Shown in pieces: positions 36,947-46,467 of a stretch of 64,000 bases of DNA. The DNA comes from a virus (lineage: Duplodnaviria; Caudoviricetes): positions 1-64,000 of the IMG/VR virus record IMGVR_UViG_3300014204_000172. One strand, written 5' to 3'. Both the position numbers and the translations under genes were made by a program. Positions within the stretch are counted from its first letter, which is position 1, and each line of letters starts with the position of its first letter. The notes below the pieces were generated by a model that was not told the DNA's origin, did no database searches, and saw only the letters and a program-made list of their open reading frames with translations.

Positions 36947-37647
36947 TCTTTTCCTTCTTTTTTATTATTGTTGTAATCACAATGTTTTTGACATTCTTCT
37001 AAAGTGCTGTAAATATTCGGATAGTGAGTTATCAATGGATCAAACTTATCTCTTATCTTGTTATTATTTTTAAAAGATACTGTTTCTAATTGATTGTCTT
37101 TATAGGTATTTGAGATATTACTAAATCTTGCTACCAAAGAAAATGGTTGACTATTGCTTTTTGTAATGTCTAAATCAAATAATTCCAATTTAATGGGATA
37201 ATAAGTACAAATAGTTTTTGCACATTCACAATCAGCTTGTATTGAGTTACCATTAATTGCTGTATATGTTATTTTTCTGGAACCATCACATAAATTGCAT
37301 TTTTCTTTTTTTGTATATTTAATTTCTACTCCCCAACAAATACCAAATAAATCTTTGGTTGCTTCTTTAAATTTCATACGTAAAAAGTTACTTTCCAAAT
37401 CTTGTTTTTCTTGATTCAATAGATATTTTAAATCACTAATTTCTCTTTCCTTTGTTCGATATTCTTGAACTGTTTTAGTTAGTTCTATATTCTCTTTCTG
37501 TATTTGTTCGTAATATTCTTTTACATGAGATTTAATCGCTACTAATACTTTTGACTCAAATTCTCTCGCTAATTCATTTAATACATCTTCCTCAAAATTA
37601 CTTTCTTCAAATTCTTCAAAGTCTAAATTATCCATCTTACTCCTCAA
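36943..37647 (-). CDS. Coiled-coil + Zn-finger hypothetical protein
   Basis: CNLCDG..CEC pattern; common phage hypothetical architecture. Confidence 0.65.
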   Translation of the reverse strand: MRSKMDNLDFEEFEESNFEEDVLNELAREFESKVLVAIKSHVKEYYEQIQKENIELTKTVQEYRTKEREISDLKYLLNQEKQDLESNFLRMKFKEATKDLFGICWGVEIKYTKKEKCNLCDGSRKITYTAINGNSIQADCECAKTICTYYPIKLELFDLDITKSNSQPFSLVARFSNISNTYKDNQLETVSFKNNNKIRDKFDPLITHYPNIYSTLEECQKHCDYNNNKKEGKE

Positions 37648-37873
37648 CTAAATTTTCTTTGATTACTTCTAACAATTCCTCTTCTGATTGAGCGATTACT
37701 TTTCCACATTCAGGACATTCAAATAAATCGTAACCATCATTAGATAATATATTCTTATAGGTAACAATTAACTTTTCATCAACCGTTACTTCTTGAGTAG
37801 CGTTTCCGCAAGGATTAAAATCAACATGATTAATAATAGCTAAACAAGCAGGACAATTAAATTTTTTATTCAT
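37637..37873 (-). CDS. Zn-ribbon protein
   Basis: CPAC..CPECG. Confidence 0.65.
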   Translation of the reverse strand: MNKKFNCPACLAIINHVDFNPCGNATQEVTVDEKLIVTYKNILSNDGYDLFECPECGKVIAQSEEELLEVIKENLVEE

Positions 37874-38017
37874 CTAAATCCTCTTCCTCTGATTCTTCAT
37901 ATAAAATACTTTGTTTGGTTAATTCTCTGCAGATAGGACAAATCATTGAATCTCTACTTTTAGTCCAGTTTTTTTCTTCTGTTGAGTCTCCACAAATAGG
38001 ACAAGTTAAATAAACTT

Positions 38018-38248
38018 TCATTTTAAATTTTTAATTTCCTCTCGTAAATCTTTTAATGCCTTAATTCTGGATGATATATCAACAGCATTCATACAATAAT
38101 CATAATCCCATTTTTCGATTACTTTTATTTTGTCTGTAGGTCCATAGACTTCTTCATTATTAAGATCATGAATTGTTATTTCCATTAGCTGAGAATATTG
38201 TATTTCTAAAGCTTTATTAATCTTAGCTAATACATCTTTTTTTCTCAT
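38018..38248 (-). CDS. Hypothetical protein
   Basis: Tiles on - strand. Confidence 0.55.
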   Translation of the reverse strand: MRKKDVLAKINKALEIQYSQLMEITIHDLNNEEVYGPTDKIKVIEKWDYDYCMNAVDISSRIKALKDLREEIKNLK

Positions 38249-38481
38249 TTAGATTCCTCATATTCGCTATCTAAAATTATTCTCCTCATGTGAGCTGCTG
38301 GATCGTTGCTAGGTGGAATAGGTGAATAATTTTTAAAGCAGTCTTCCTCTTTTGTTTCCCGGATAATGTGTTTGATACAATCTATACATACTTTGGGATT
38401 TCCTCTACCTCTTTTAGTCGGCTCATAATTTAAGAAATTGTTTATACAAGTGTCACAAGTTTTCATATTGAATCCTTTCAT
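38245..38481 (-). CDS. Cys-rich hypothetical protein
   Basis: CDTC..CIDC..C. Confidence 0.55.
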   Translation of the reverse strand: MKGFNMKTCDTCINNFLNYEPTKRGRGNPKVCIDCIKHIIRETKEEDCFKNYSPIPPSNDPAAHMRRIILDSEYEESK

Positions 38482-38774
38482 TGGTTATGAGTACATTCCC
38501 ATCCGATTTTATCCAATTCTTCCTCTTCCAATTCTTTATTTATTTCTTCTAAAGAGCTTTCACAAAATTCTTCATAAAACCATAAACTATCACAGCAAGA
38601 AGTTTTTAAAGTTTTTTTGTTTTGTATTAATCTGCCATAAAAACTATAGTTGTTATTTTCTCTTGCGAATCCAACAAAATATCCTTTGTATTTATGTCGA
38701 AAGATTCTAGTTAATTTAAAGTCTGGTGTAGGAGCTATACCTGCCAAAGTTTTTTCTATCGCTGTTTTTCTCAT
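38478..38774 (-). CDS. Hypothetical protein
   Basis: Tiles on - strand. Confidence 0.55.
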   Translation of the reverse strand: MRKTAIEKTLAGIAPTPDFKLTRIFRHKYKGYFVGFARENNNYSFYGRLIQNKKTLKTSCCDSLWFYEEFCESSLEEINKELEEEELDKIGWECTHNQ

Positions 38775-38775
38775 T

Positions 38776-39363
38776 TTAAATTTTTATTTCTAGAAATAAT
38801 ACTGCTGCATCATATTTTGATTGATGACTCATCGAATTATCTGCAATTATTTTGTCTTTTTGCTCTTTTATTTTAACTGCATATTTTAATTCTAAATAAT
38901 TATTTATTTTTTCTAATATCTCAAAATAAAGAAGATCATCCGGCGTAATACATTCATTTTGAATACAATCATTTTCTTTTCCATCGTTTATATCTATCCA
39001 CCATTGATTAGATTCTTCTTCTCGAAATATTAAGAATTTATCTTCTTTTATTTGATTCAATGAAACTCCATTTTCCCATAATTGACAACCCATTAAATCT
39101 GTGTGTAATTGATTAAATTTTTCATAAATCAATTTGTTTTTTAAGTTTGGATCCGGCACTACAGTAATTCCATATTTCTTGAATCGATAATCCGGTAACT
39201 CTGGATAAGTAAAGAAGTGTTGCCATCTTTCAAAAGACCTACCTTTTGCTAAATCGTAACAATGGTCGATAGTAAATGTTAAAATTTCTCCATCTTTGAC
39301 CATTTCCTTCAAACCAACTTTAAGATCAGCTAATTCATCTGTAGAATTAAATTTTATTTTCAT
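38776..39363 (-). CDS. Hypothetical protein
   Basis: Tiles on - strand with SD. Confidence 0.65.
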   Translation of the reverse strand: MKIKFNSTDELADLKVGLKEMVKDGEILTFTIDHCYDLAKGRSFERWQHFFTYPELPDYRFKKYGITVVPDPNLKNKLIYEKFNQLHTDLMGCQLWENGVSLNQIKEDKFLIFREEESNQWWIDINDGKENDCIQNECITPDDLLYFEILEKINNYLELKYAVKIKEQKDKIIADNSMSHQSKYDAAVLFLEIKI

Positions 39364-39377
39364 TTTACTACTCCTTA

Positions 39378-39833
39378 TTAATAATCGTCAGGAAACATAA
39401 TTGTTACAGCTTGTCTAAATCCTGTATCCAAGAAAGCATCGGCAATAATCCATATTTTCATTGATTCATCTACAGGGTGCTCGTAGGATGCCAAAATTCT
39501 TTCTCCACTAAATAAACATTCATCATTAGATTCTAAATCTTCCTGATGCATATTTCCCCAATCTAATTGAAGAAATCTTTCTATACAATTTCTTACAAAA
39601 AGATAAAATCCAGCATCTTTTTGGGTTTTAATTGATATATCTTTTGTCGCTACTTGTGGAGCATGTGCCAAAGTATTTCTAAGAAATCTTAACTCAGTAT
39701 CCACTAATCCAAAGTTTTCTTCTGTTCTGTCGAATTTAGGTCTAATCTGTTCTAATCGTTCTAAGGTTTCTTTTAATAACTCTTCATTAACCATTAGTAA
39801 TCCTCGCTTCTTGAAAGTCCTCTGAATTTTCAA
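39378..39833 (-). CDS. Conserved mobile-element protein (GDWG...S.Y...IWII...T..FP.DY type)
   Basis: LDWGNMHQEDLESND..RILASY..IWII..VTIMFPDDY; family recalled from plasmids/phages. Confidence 0.65.
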   Translation of the reverse strand: MKIQRTFKKRGLLMVNEELLKETLERLEQIRPKFDRTEENFGLVDTELRFLRNTLAHAPQVATKDISIKTQKDAGFYLFVRNCIERFLQLDWGNMHQEDLESNDECLFSGERILASYEHPVDESMKIWIIADAFLDTGFRQAVTIMFPDDY

Positions 39834-40020
39834 AGTGGATTAATCCGTTCTGATTAGTTTTTAGTAAACAAGCTTCTGTTTCATTTGATTGACTAATCCA
39901 AGTGATTAAATATCCTTGAGAGACTTTCTGCTTCGTTAGTATTTTTGTCTTATATCTTTTTTCTCCATCGGCATAAAAGGATATTATTAGCTGTCTGCCA
40001 TAATCGATAGGTTTTGTCAT
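39787..40020 (-). CDS. Hypothetical protein
   Basis: Tiles on - strand. Confidence 0.5.
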   Translation of the reverse strand: MTKPIDYGRQLIISFYADGEKRYKTKILTKQKVSQGYLITWISQSNETEACLLKTNQNGLIHFENSEDFQEARITNG

Positions 40021-40168
40021 TTTATTTTTCTTGCAGCTTCTTCTAAAATATCAATAGCTTTACTCAAATCTTTTTCTTTCAATTTATTTTTGAGTAACTC
40101 AAATTCTGTAGGAGTAAAACAAATATTATTGCTCTTGAAATCAATTAGAAATTTTCTTTCTTTTTCTG

Positions 40169-40393
40169 TCATTTTGTTTTTACCGGATCGTCGATAAAGA
40201 CTTCGTTAATTTCTTTTGACTCAAACCCTATTCGATATTCTTCGTAATTACTCATTATGTCTAAACAATCTTTTCGATTTAAAATTAAATTTTTTCTTTT
40301 GCAAGCTAATTGACAAACCATAGTGATATCAAACATATTTGTTTTTCCGGATTTCTGAACTTTTAAATACGCTTCAAATTTTTCTCTAGTCAT
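40169..40393 (-). CDS. DUF5049-like protein
   Basis: VQKSGKTNMFD..V pattern. Confidence 0.6.
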   Translation of the reverse strand: MTREKFEAYLKVQKSGKTNMFDITMVCQLACKRKNLILNRKDCLDIMSNYEEYRIGFESKEINEVFIDDPVKTK

Positions 40394-40715
40394 TTTTTTC
40401 CTTCTCTTTCTTGTTTTTTTAATGCTTCAAAAAGAGGACCAAAAAATTTAGTTGTTTCTGGTGTAGTGCTCCATCCTAAATCTGTTTTTGCTTTGTACAA
40501 AGAACTCCAAAGTCTTAATGCTTGGCTACTTGTTAAATTTTCTATAGGTATTTCTAATAACATTTTAGTTATTCTTTTTTTTAGCTAGAGTAAAAACTAG
40601 CCATTTTCCTTCTGGATAGTAAGATTCAAACATTCTTAGAAAAGCGAATAGTTCTGAATCATCAGTAAATGTGTAATGAGTTACGATGTTATTGCTTTCT
40701 GGATCAGTAGCTACC

Positions 40716-40913
40716 TTAATCATTTGACGTTCCTTTAATCGTTACAAAGGACCAAGTTAAACCTGGAAAATTGAATTCAAGCATTCTTAATATTTTAATT
40801 GTCAAATGTAAAGTTTCTACACATAAATATTTAATTTCAGACTCGTGAGTGTTGTACATAATCTTAATCATTTGGATGATCTCTCGATGGATGAAGCCAT
40901 ACAGGAATCGCAA
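40716..40913 (-). CDS. Hypothetical protein (true start probably internal MIKIMY)
   Basis: Tiles on - strand. Confidence 0.4.
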   Translation of the reverse strand: MRFLYGFIHREIIQMIKIMYNTHESEIKYLCVETLHLTIKILRMLEFNFPGLTWSFVTIKGTSND

Positions 40914-41110
40914 ATTGCTCCCTCGTCACAGGGGCGATTACCGGTAAATGGTGATTCTGAACAATACTGATTCATTTTAATTTGATGGGTAATAGCTGCT
41001 TCGACTTGATCGATTTCATCTAAATAAGATTGCTCTTCGTCCTCATCACATAGAATGAGTTTCTTTTTTAAGGTTGCTAGCTTGTTTTCTAGTCTATCTT
41101 TCTCTGTCAT
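40868..41110 (-). CDS. Hypothetical protein with Cys-rich C-terminus
   Basis: First gene after a promoter; AAAGGATGAATAAATG start context shared with ardC. Confidence 0.65.
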   Translation of the reverse strand: MTEKDRLENKLATLKKKLILCDEDEEQSYLDEIDQVEAAITHQIKMNQYCSESPFTGNRPCDEGAICDSCMASSIERSSK

Positions 41111-41148
41111 TTATTCATCCTTTCGTCATTTTTTACTAACTACTATTA

Positions 41149-41176
41149 ATTATAGTTATTTTTAATTAATAAACAA
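41149..41176 (-). promoter_or_regulatory. Putative promoter (16-bp-spacer family)
   Basis: TTGTTT-N16-TATAAT(TAAT). Confidence 0.7.
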
Positions 41177-41184
41177 GTCTTTTC

Positions 41185-41574
41185 TTACTTAAATTCTTGG
41201 TTAGGATTAATTTTCTTTTGAACGATTTCTTTAGTCTTTATTAATTTCTCATGGTCTTCGTTGATTAATTTAAACATATCTAATGTAACAAGCATAAAGT
41301 AGTCATAACTAGACTCTTCAATCTTGTCATAGATAGTTTTTATTTCACTTCTTCGTATGTAATATTTTTCAACCATTACATGAACTTTGTATTTCTCATT
41401 TTCCAAATCAAATAATAAATCCTCAAAAAGTAGTTTGTATTGAATAGTTTCATTAATATACATCATGATTTCTATCCGATCTAAACCGCTCTGATTATCT
41501 GTTCTGTAAGAAAAATAGTAATTACCAACTAAATAACTCATATATCGATAACTCATACAATCAATAATTTTCAT
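41185..41574 (-). CDS. Hypothetical protein
   Basis: Tiles on - strand. Confidence 0.55.
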   Translation of the reverse strand: MKIIDCMSYRYMSYLVGNYYFSYRTDNQSGLDRIEIMMYINETIQYKLLFEDLLFDLENEKYKVHVMVEKYYIRRSEIKTIYDKIEESSYDYFMLVTLDMFKLINEDHEKLIKTKEIVQKKINPNQEFK

Positions 41575-42069
41575 TTATTCCTCTTTAATGATTCCATACT
41601 CTCTAATTAATATGTTAATAGTATTTACTAATCCATATTGTTTTTTAGCAATCAATTTTACAATCTGTGTATCATCTAAATATGGATAGAAATCATGCAC
41701 ATATATATCAGGAATACATATTTTTTTCTTGATTGCTATATTTGGTATGGGTATTTTAACTTTCTTAGGATTTAAAGCATCCATGACTAATTTGCATAAA
41801 TTATCAATATCAGGTTTAACTGTATGGTTAATTCTTTTTTTTGCTGACTTAGGCTTAATAAATGTAAACTGAATGACCATTACTAATGGAATATTACCCT
41901 TCCGAAATTTGATCGCTTCTTCTTTGTAGTTTTTGATATTCTTAATAAATTCATCAATGATTTCTTTTTCGGCTATAACTGTTTTGGTTGGAGTAAAACT
42001 GGAAGTTGAACATATTCTAGCTCTTTGTTTTCCTACAATCTCGGAAGGGTAAACGGTAAAACTAATCAT
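41575..42069 (-). CDS. rusA: RusA-family Holliday junction resolvase
   Basis: GKQRAR, TP.KT, KPDIDNLCKLVMDALN..DDTQIV. Confidence 0.9.
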   Translation of the reverse strand: MISFTVYPSEIVGKQRARICSTSSFTPTKTVIAEKEIIDEFIKNIKNYKEEAIKFRKGNIPLVMVIQFTFIKPKSAKKRINHTVKPDIDNLCKLVMDALNPKKVKIPIPNIAIKKKICIPDIYVHDFYPYLDDTQIVKLIAKKQYGLVNTINILIREYGIIKEE

Positions 42070-42479
42070 TACTTTTCGTTTTCTAAAATTTCTAGTTCCA
42101 TACCTAATTCTTCTTGTTCTTTAGCTGAACCTGTATTATCTGCTGATTCTTTGTTATCCTCTTTGGAAAAATCACCAAACAAAGTCGGCTCTTCTTTCTT
42201 TAAAACTTCCGGGTTGATTACTGTAATTTCTACTAATAATAAATCTCCATTAATTCCCGAATTGATATCAATAAAATCTTTAAGAATTGCTGATTCGGCT
42301 TTGCTAATGGAACCTATTTTAACTGATAAGGAATCGTCTTTGTTATTAGTCATTCCTTCTTTTCTACCATGGAAACTAAGCTTAAATTGCTTGAAATTTG
42401 TAAAACAAGTATTGGTATCTTTGTCATAATACGTACCCGGACAAGTAGTTCTCTTCATACAAAATGCACAAATTTTCAT
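42069..42479 (-). CDS. Hypothetical protein
   Basis: Tiles on - strand. Confidence 0.6.
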   Translation of the reverse strand: MKICAFCMKRTTCPGTYYDKDTNTCFTNFKQFKLSFHGRKEGMTNNKDDSLSVKIGSISKAESAILKDFIDINSGINGDLLLVEITVINPEVLKKEEPTLFGDFSKEDNKESADNTGSAKEQEELGMELEILENEK

Positions 42480-42495
42480 TTAAATCTCTCCTTTA

Positions 42496-43014
42496 TTAAT
42501 TTATTCTAAACATAGGCTCTGGTTTTAGCCATACTAATTTACCATTTAATTTAGCATCTTTAATTGCCCACATATTTTGTACTCCATAAGCAACTAAACA
42601 AGATGGGGCGTTTGCTGCGTTTTTAGCTTCTACTCCTGATTTATAAAAGAACTTTAATCTACCCTTAAAGAAAAATATTCCATCAGCCCGGTTAAAAATG
42701 AATTCATGGAATCCTTTCGTTTCTGTTCTGGTGAATATTAATGCTATGCCATTTCCATGGTTAGATAATCTTTCAATCCATTTGAATGCTTGAGATCCAT
42801 AAGGTGGATTTAACCAAATTCGACCAATCCAATCCTGTTTTAATCCATCATTCCAGAAATCTTTATAAAACATAAAATTTGCTGTATCCCATGGTCTTTC
42901 TTCTGGTTTTAGATAGCATGGATCCAAATCAAATTTTCCCAATGCATTGATTAATTTAGGATTAGTAAGCCATTCTTCTTTGTTTCCAATATTGGTGTTA
43001 AAATTGTTACTCAT
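42496..43014 (-). CDS. Phage DNA N6-adenine methyltransferase (Dam-type)
   Basis: EWLT..FDLDPC..DGL..W.GRIWLNPPYG..GIAL..RTET. Confidence 0.9.
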   Translation of the reverse strand: MSNNFNTNIGNKEEWLTNPKLINALGKFDLDPCYLKPEERPWDTANFMFYKDFWNDGLKQDWIGRIWLNPPYGSQAFKWIERLSNHGNGIALIFTRTETKGFHEFIFNRADGIFFFKGRLKFFYKSGVEAKNAANAPSCLVAYGVQNMWAIKDAKLNGKLVWLKPEPMFRIN

Positions 43015-43212
43015 TTAATCTTCTTTAGCCTCTTTCAATTTTTTTATCATTAAATGAACGAAATGAAATGGTTCTTTCTTTTGTTTCTTTTCGCTTAAAT
43101 ATGAATTAATTGTCGCTAAAGTTGTAACAAGGAATTCTGCTAAACTTCTAGCTTCATTTTTAGTTATGTCTATCTTAATCATTTTTAATCCTTTTCTGAA
43201 ATGAAACATCAA
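43015..43212 (-). CDS. Hypothetical protein
   Basis: Tiles on - strand. Confidence 0.45.
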   Translation of the reverse strand: MMFHFRKGLKMIKIDITKNEARSLAEFLVTTLATINSYLSEKKQKKEPFHFVHLMIKKLKEAKED

Positions 43213-43465
43213 TCATTTCAATCTTTTTAAATGCAGTTATTACTAAATTGTTATGGTTTTCATCGTATTTACAATCGAAGGAACCAACTTCACAATGCAA
43301 ATCAGTAACTACACATCCAACACCAGTTAAATAAACTGGTGAAGCTTTTTGTAGTTTTTTATTTAGATAATTCTTGATTCGTATTAAATTCTTCTCGGTG
43401 GCTTTTTTCTTTTCATATTTTTTTAGTATTGGTTTAACTGATTCATAAAATTCTTGTAGGTTCAT
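43175..43465 (-). CDS. Hypothetical protein
   Basis: Tiles on - strand. Confidence 0.55.
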   Translation of the reverse strand: MNLQEFYESVKPILKKYEKKKATEKNLIRIKNYLNKKLQKASPVYLTGVGCVVTDLHCEVGSFDCKYDENHNNLVITAFKKIEMIDVSFQKRIKND

Positions 43466-43752
43466 ATTTTAAATCCTTCCAAAGAATTTTCTTTTCTTTG
43501 TTTAATCCTAACTAATAGTTTTTTATATCTTTCTTCTTTTCTCTTTTTGTACTCCTGACCACCAATTATTTGATTCAATGATTCAATTTTTTGCTCTATT
43601 CCTAGATACTCAAAAACTTTAGGACTAAAAGAAGCTAAACAAGCTTTTCCTAATATCGCTTTACGATTACCAACTTTGTTTGGTTCTTTGCCTAAAATCT
43701 CTTTCTTTTTTTCTAATTTGGAGATTCTTAATAATATGCTTAACTGATTCAT
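43462..43752 (-). CDS. Basic hypothetical protein
   Basis: Tiles on - strand. Confidence 0.5.
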   Translation of the reverse strand: MNQLSILLRISKLEKKKEILGKEPNKVGNRKAILGKACLASFSPKVFEYLGIEQKIESLNQIIGGQEYKKRKEERYKKLLVRIKQRKENSLEGFKI

Positions 43753-44171
43753 TTTTCTTCTTTTTTGATTGCTTGAATCAATACAGCTTTTGTTAAATCC
43801 TCAGACATTTTGTAATACTGTAAAGGTTCTTTAATCTTTCCTTCTTTTTCCAATATTTTGAATACGGAATCATCGATAGATTCTACGATAACCCGACGAG
43901 CTAGTAATTCATCCTTACTCTTGATTAGTTCCAAATCATAAGTTCTTTGTTGGCTATGTCTGATTTGTAATACAAACTGCAAATGATTTCCAATTAATAG
44001 AGGTGTTTCGTTTTCTTTAATCTCAGTTTTTAATTCTTTTTCCATTTTAGCTAATTCTTTCTGTTGATTCATTAATGTTTTGTACAAATTGCTTTTTTCC
44101 AATAACTCTTGAATACCTTTCACGTTTTCTAGTAATGATTCATACTTAACAATCTTTTCGCTAATTTCCAT
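43749..44171 (-). CDS. Coiled-coil hypothetical protein
   Basis: AAGGAG SD; tiles on - strand. Confidence 0.65.
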   Translation of the reverse strand: MEISEKIVKYESLLENVKGIQELLEKSNLYKTLMNQQKELAKMEKELKTEIKENETPLLIGNHLQFVLQIRHSQQRTYDLELIKSKDELLARRVIVESIDDSVFKILEKEGKIKEPLQYYKMSEDLTKAVLIQAIKKEEK

Positions 44172-44534
44172 TTAAAACTCCTTATATATTTATAAATTCA
44201 AAGATTCGATAAATTCTAAATTAGTTTTAATCAATTTTAAACCAGTTGCTAAAGCCTTACTTTTTTTACTTCTTAAATCCAATAAATCTTCTTTATTCAT
44301 TTTTAAATTTTCAATTTCGTTTTCTAATTTTTTTATAATGATTCTCAAAGGTCCTTCAATACCATCTTTCTCTTTGATAACTTCTATTAAATTTTATATC
44401 CATCCTGTTGCAGTATTTACTTTTATTTTAAGCTCTCTTATTTTTTTACTTGCTATTTCTATAGTCAGCCAGGCTACAAGAATACTTATTAGCGAAATAA
44501 AAATTAAAAAACAAAAAATTAATTTTGTGATCAT

Positions 44535-45431
44535 TTATTTACCTCTCATCGAAGGTCCAATAATCTGGAATCCTTTATTTGTTTTTTTCTGTCTATCGTA
44601 AATTCTAGGATAATTTTTCTTAAATTGACCATCTGAAAGATTCATTGTAAATGAGGTAAATAATCCCCTCGCATAGCGATCGCATATAATTGTATCGAAC
44701 TGAGAAGTTGCAAATTCTTGCTTATATTCAGTTCCAACATCATCAATAAATAAATACTTTGAATCCAATAATTTTTTAACAACAATTTCGTTTTCTTTTA
44801 GAATGGCTGTAAAAAATTGGCTTATCGTTAAAAAGTAGGGTATTTCCTTCTTCAATAATAATTCCTTGATTGCTAAATAAAATAAGGATGTTTTTCCATT
44901 TCCAGTCGAACCATAAATAGTAATTCCTGATTCTAATACTTCTTTCAAATATTTGTTAAATGCCACTTTAATTCCAGCATTAACTCCCTTGATATTTGCT
45001 ATTTGATATTCAAAAGGGATTACATTAGGCTTAAATACTTCTAAAGTATTTTGTTTTAATTCTATTGTTTCTCTGTTAAATTGAGATAATAAACAATAAC
45101 TAGCATTAATTTTGTTGCATGTATAAATAAAATGACCACCAAATTCATCTTCAATATTAATTAAGCCATCACAACCGTCTTTGCATCTGTATTGAATATA
45201 ATTATCAATTTCTTCTTTCGTTTTTCTAGAAAAAAATACTACTTCTCTAAAATTACGAATAGCTTGAGCCAGCATTATTCGTTCATAACAAAGTTTTAAG
45301 TTTCCTTCCTCGCAAGTTTGAAATCTTTCCATAGCTATTGGAGAAGCGAACCATTCAATATATTTTCTATCAATGCCAATATCGGTTAAAAATCCTTTAA
45401 ATAGATCACTCATCTGCATTTGCATTTTCAA
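44535..45431 (-). CDS. DnaC/IstB-like AAA+ helicase loader
   Basis: Walker A GSTGNGKT, Walker B LFIDDVG, RY..T..T.NL..RI.DR; follows the initiator. Confidence 0.9.
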   Translation of the reverse strand: MKMQMQMSDLFKGFLTDIGIDRKYIEWFASPIAMERFQTCEEGNLKLCYERIMLAQAIRNFREVVFFSRKTKEEIDNYIQYRCKDGCDGLINIEDEFGGHFIYTCNKINASYCLLSQFNRETIELKQNTLEVFKPNVIPFEYQIANIKGVNAGIKVAFNKYLKEVLESGITIYGSTGNGKTSLFYLAIKELLLKKEIPYFLTISQFFTAILKENEIVVKKLLDSKYLFIDDVGTEYKQEFATSQFDTIICDRYARGLFTSFTMNLSDGQFKKNYPRIYDRQKKTNKGFQIIGPSMRGK

Positions 45432-46434
45432 ACTCCTTTATGTCTTCATCTGTAATTTCCATTTCGTTTTCCAATTTATGATTGCTAGCATATTCTTTAA
45501 ATTGTTCTGTATTCATTATCGTATCTTGTCCTTTTCCATTTGTTTTTTGTAAATCGACTGTATTGTTAAACTGTTTTCTGTTTAGATAGCCTTCAAACTT
45601 ATTTGAGAATAAAGTTTCCGGTTTTAAATACTGACTCCATTTTGGATCATGTAACCAATCCAAACATTTGTTATCGATAACTTTATAAAAATCATCTAGT
45701 ATAAATCCTTCTTTTACCCTTGTGTTAATTAGTTTTTCAGTCTTCGGAATATCTGTCTTAAAATGACAATTAGTTTTCTCATTTAAATAAGAAATCACTT
45801 TTGAATAAAATTCTTTTTTTGTTTTTAATTCTAAATCAGATTTTAATTCTAAATCTAAATTTTTGGAAGATGAAGAAATAAGAAAAAGCGGATTAGCTTT
45901 TTCGTCTCTTTTTATATTTTCTTCTTCTGTATTTCTTTTAGTTTCTTTTAGTTTAGTTTTATTGGCATCGTTTCGCATTGCCAGCGGATTAGGATCGCAT
46001 TGCGATTGTAATGCGTTTGTAATGGGGTCGCATTGCGTTGGTAATGCCATCGCATCATCTATGTTCTCATTATTCCAGCGTTTATATGCATTATTTTTGT
46101 TACTTTCTGAAATTTTATTTCTTAGACTAATCCAGTTGAGTAAATCTTGATTATAAACTTTTTCTTCTTTTTGAAAGCAGATTGAAAGCAGAATTAAAAA
46201 ATCCAAAAGTGCTTTTACTTTTTTAGCAGAAATTCCAATCTGGAATGATAAATTTTTATACAAATTTTCTGAAACAATTAGACAACAATCTTCACGTTTT
46301 GCCATGATTTCTAAAATCATCCAATAAAAGCCATACCCTTCTACTCCGTATTCTCTTCTTAAAGTAACAAAACTATCCTCATTAAATCTATCAATTATGT
46401 GAGGAAAGTATGGATGGCTACTTTTATATTTCAT
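45406..46434 (-). CDS. Replication initiator (DUF4373/Lin1244-like N-terminus, phage conserved C-terminus)
   Basis: YG.EGYG.YW.ILE; C-terminal YLNEKT..F..GF.LDDF.KVID.K..W..YLKPETLF.NKFEGYLN. Confidence 0.88.
   Translation of the reverse strand: MKYKSSHPYFPHIIDRFNEDSFVTLRREYGVEGYGFYWMILEIMAKREDCCLIVSENLYKNLSFQIGISAKKVKALLDFLILLSICFQKEEKVYNQDLLNWISLRNKISESNKNNAYKRWNNENIDDAMALPTQCDPITNALQSQCDPNPLAMRNDANKTKLKETKRNTEEENIKRDEKANPLFLISSSSKNLDLELKSDLELKTKKEFYSKVISYLNEKTNCHFKTDIPKTEKLINTRVKEGFILDDFYKVIDNKCLDWLHDPKWSQYLKPETLFSNKFEGYLNRKQFNNTVDLQKTNGKGQDTIMNTEQFKEYASNHKLENEMEITDEDIKEFENANADE
45820..46056. repeat. Probable replication origin inside initiator gene: phased iterons plus AT-rich tract
   Basis: TCGCAT at 45973, 45995, 46028, 46050 (spacing 22/33/22); three copies are TCGCATTGC; adjacent T-rich tract and 15-bp direct repeat at 45823/45841. 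Confidence 0.65.
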
Positions 46435-46457
46435 TGGATATTAAAGTTCTCTATCAT
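46431..46457 (-). CDS. 8-codon leader peptide (MIENFNIQ) translationally coupled to the initiator
   Basis: AAGGA SD; its TGA overlaps the initiator ATG (ATGA); the initiator has no strong SD of its own. Confidence 0.5.
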   Translation of the reverse strand: MIENFNIQ

Positions 46458-46467
46458 TTTTAATTTC

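Noticed and set aside
41700-41790. ~25-aa insertion in RusA before the DD motif
   Set aside because: Too short for an intein or domain; probably a variable loop
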